Assembly: GCA_964016885.1 (NCBI GenBank)
Contig: OZ024744.1
Location: forward strand, 112,406,001-112,470,000
DNA: 64,000 nucleotides
Source of the DNA: Eledone cirrhosa
Lineage: Eukaryota
Reading direction: 5' to 3'
The notes beneath the pieces were generated by a model. The model saw only the letters and a program-made list of their open reading frames with translations, ran no database searches and was not told the origin of the DNA. The translations under genes and the position numbers were made by a program. Of the stretch, positions 61,400 to 64,000 are shown one piece after another. Positions within the stretch are counted from its first letter, which is position 1. Each line of letters begins with the position of its first letter.

Positions 61400-61702
61400 A
61401 TATCTACCCTGAGAATCAATGTGGTTTCCACTTTGGTCGGGGTACTATTGACATGATTTTCTCTCTTCACCAGGCCACAGAGAAGGTTTATGAAAGGAAC
61501 CAGGAGCTGTTTATAGTTTTTATTGACCTGACTAAAGACTTTGACAATGTCAATTGCAAAGCTCTTTGGAAAATCCTGAAAAGGCTTGACATACCTGATA
61601 ATATGCTAAATATCATCATATACTTACACAAGAGCATGGAAGCATCAGTTATGTCAGATGGTGAATGCTTTGAACCCTTTGCTGTTACAAATGGTGCAAA
61701 GA
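61400..61702 (+). pseudogene. Internal RT fragment of an RTE/BovB-type LINE
   Basis: PENQCGF..GRGTIDMIFSL..FIVFIDLTKDFDNV..FAVTNG. Confidence 0.85.
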
Positions 61703-62054
61703 TTTACTGTTTAGTTGAAAACATCGACTGGAAATGCTCATTTGATATAGTGTGATATATGGCTGGTTATATTTAATTGGCTCTAAGACAGTGTTTAAGC
61801 CTAATATTGGTGTAAATGAAGGCACAAAATATATGTTTATATACAATAAACATATGGTAGTCTCGCTATGAAAGAAAAATATTTTTTCGTCACGAAAAAA
61901 TATTTTTCTGTATTTTTTATGTCAACATGTCACGGATTTATCAGTAGCGGTCGAGAATGTCAGACAGCGCCATTTCAAGGTTTGTTAATATTTCATCTGA
62001 CTTCGGCAGGTTCCGTCTATTAAATTCTATTTATAAGTCATTAGTCAATCCTGG

Positions 62055-62151
62055 ACTTCTAGTAGAAGACACTTGCCTAATGTGCTACGCAGTGGGACTG
62101 AACCCGAAATCTCGTAGTTACCAAGCAAACTTCTTAACTGCACAGCCATAA
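62055..62151 (-). mobile_element. 5' part of a tRNA-derived SINE (third family)
   Basis: Minus strand TGGCTGTGCAGTTAAG..GGGTTCAGTCCCACTGC..GGCAAGTGTCTTCTACT. Confidence 0.7.
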
Positions 62152-62317
62152 ATAGATTACCTACGCCTATAAATAGATTACGGTTTTCTTTTAGAAGTGA
62201 AGGTTCGAATTTACTTAAAGTCCCTTATTCTGTATTCTATTTTTATGGAAAGGATTTTCTTTTTCTCTCATCATCTGTATTTTTTAATCTTCAACGATTC
62301 AATTCTAGTTAAAATTA

Positions 62318-62591
62318 AGAGGAGGGTTTTCCGGCAGTGAGCGATGATTTCCCTGTCTAAAACATGGACGGTAGTGTAAGTGGTAGCAAAGTCCAACGCT
62401 TTGTTTAACAGGGTCTCTAAGATCGACGGGTAAACATCTACAATGTCAAACTGTGTGAACTTCGCTTTTTTGGATTTGAAGGAGTTAAACCACTTAATTA
62501 CGGAGTCGCTGTTCTCCCACTGGGACAGGTTGGATTTGGTCCTAATGGCCTTAACTATGTTTCTAAGTATGGCCTTACTGACTAGTCCCAT
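62318..62591 (-). pseudogene. Inverted 5' RT segment of the Penelope-like element
   Basis: QWENSDSVIKWF, FTQFDIVDVYPSI, HCRKTLL. Confidence 0.85.
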
Positions 62592-63865
62592 ATCTTCACC
62601 AACGGAGTAGCCTGGGCAAAGAAGTCAACAACTTTAGAACTATTAGACGTCTCCATGGGATTGTTTGACAGTGCTGACGTATGCGACTTGGTTGGCCTAT
62701 TTATTTTAGACATACTACGTATTAGATTTCCGGCCTTCTACACGCGAATATACCGCGACGATGGACTGACCTTATCGAGTCATAAAAGTGGTCACGACCT
62801 CGACCGGTTTAAAAAAGACTTAGCTTCTACCTTCAATGAGTTAGGACTTAGGATAACAGTAGCTACTAACCTCTCTAGCGTAGATTTCTTAGACATTAAT
62901 TTAGACCTTCGCACACACACCTACAGACCCTTCCATAAGCTTAACGAAAAACTCAATTACAAGGACTTATGCCACCCTCCCACTGTTTTTGGAAACTTCG
63001 TAAATAATATCCGTACTAGAATCTCAAACCTCTCCTCTAATAAGGCTATCTTTGACAGAGCGGCACCCAACTATAACACGGCGTTAGCTAACAGCGGCTT
63101 CTCGCAACCTATCACTTACTCTCCCACTAACAACAACAGCAATAAGAAAAGAAAGTGTAACAATAGACAAACTATCTGGTTCTCTCCTCCCTTCTCACTC
63201 AACGTTAAAACCAATGTAGGCAAAACACTTCTAGCCCTCTTGAAACTGTGGTCACTTCCAACCGACCAAATCAACCACAGCAGGTCAAATCCTATGTGGG
63301 TATGGTGGAGGACCGATTAAAGGAACGCTTCCTGAACCACTAGTCGACCTTTAGGTACCGGACAAACGTTCATCCACGAAACTCGTGAGCCACGTATGGT
63401 CCCTCAAGAACTCAAGTATAGACTACTCCATTCAATGGAAAGCTATCACTAAGTCCAAGCCATACGCAAGAGGGGCAAACCGTCGTGTGGACTATGTATT
63501 GATGAACGAATAAATATTCTAAAGAGATTACGCAATAGTGATTGCCTAAACACGAGAAATGAATTCTTCACACGTTGTCCACACGTCTGGAAACACCACT
63601 TACATAACTACAAAGCTCCGGATTGAATTACAACAACAACCTAATTTTCTTATCAACTAGAAACTTTCGGACTTTCGCAGTTATCTCCCTTACACCTCTC
63701 GCACGCAATTTAGTATTGCCTGGGTGAAGTGACCGTTTCTGCGCATGCGCGTTCGTACGGTTGTCCTTCCCGTTTCGTATAACCATGTCCATTACAAGCT
63801 GAGGATCCGCTAAGGTGAAACAATTGTTCTCAGTATGGTGAACTAACTGTTGTGTAACCACTTCT
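62592..63865 (+). mobile_element. Penelope-like retroelement (RT plus GIY-YIG endonuclease), internally deleted and frameshifted, ending in (TA)n
   Basis: MGLFDSADVCDLVG, IYRDDGL, VDFLDI, IWFSPPFS; then KSYVG..KERFLNH, HVWSLK, CGLC..E, LNTRNEFFTRCPH. Confidence 0.9.
63789..63838 (+). ncRNA. Minimal hammerhead ribozyme in Penelope pLTR
   Basis: CCATTACAAG-CTGAGGA-TCCGCTAAGGT-GAAA-CAATTG-TT-CTCAGTATGG; palindromic stem III; T/T mismatch at the base of stem II. Confidence 0.75.
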
Positions 63866-64000
63866 ATATATATATTTAATCATTTTCTAACCCAGAAAAA
63901 AGAGAGAGAGAAACAAAAAAAGGAAAAAAAAAATTTGTCTTCCTAAAATCGTCTCTTTCTCCCTGTTTTCACATATATATATATATATTAGTGTGATCTA

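Noticed and set aside
61930-62020. Promoter-like CpG-containing patch (GCGCCATTT)
   Set aside because: A single short motif with no associated exon evidence.
63330-63790. Selenocysteine recoding/SECIS as reported for some Naiad elements
   Set aside because: Visible Cys codons are TGT/TGC, the internal stop is TAG, and no convincing SECIS GA quartet was found. The RT-endonuclease linker is deleted, so it cannot be excluded for the family.

Overview
Repeat-dominated, AT-rich animal genomic DNA. The SINE, RTE and microsatellite landscape looks cephalopod/octopus-like, which is an inference from recalled repeat families. No intact host gene is demonstrable, and almost all ORFs in the track are microsatellite artefacts. 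About 30 kb (28.5-58.9 kb) is a G-poor 13-bp satellite (CACCACACACATT) with higher-order repeats. The rest is (TA)n/(CA)n microsatellite packed with decayed transposons: RTE LINEs (two carrying a PHD-type finger inside the RT), an R4/Dong-like RLE retroelement, a truncated Tc1/mariner, nested antiparallel non-autonomous Helitrons, tRNA-derived SINEs with ATTAT-initiated target duplications, and a Penelope-like element with a 5' inversion. The most notable signal is about a dozen type-I hammerhead ribozyme motifs on both strands. Two standalone copies have complete cores (14536-14606 +, 14687-14757 -), one lies in the Penelope 3' end, and the others are decayed or half copies, often in inverted pairs. 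Most sit in short non-coding cassettes next to (TA)n, suggesting several families of non-autonomous Penelope pLTR/retrozyme-like mini-elements. All folds were paired by eye; none was computed.
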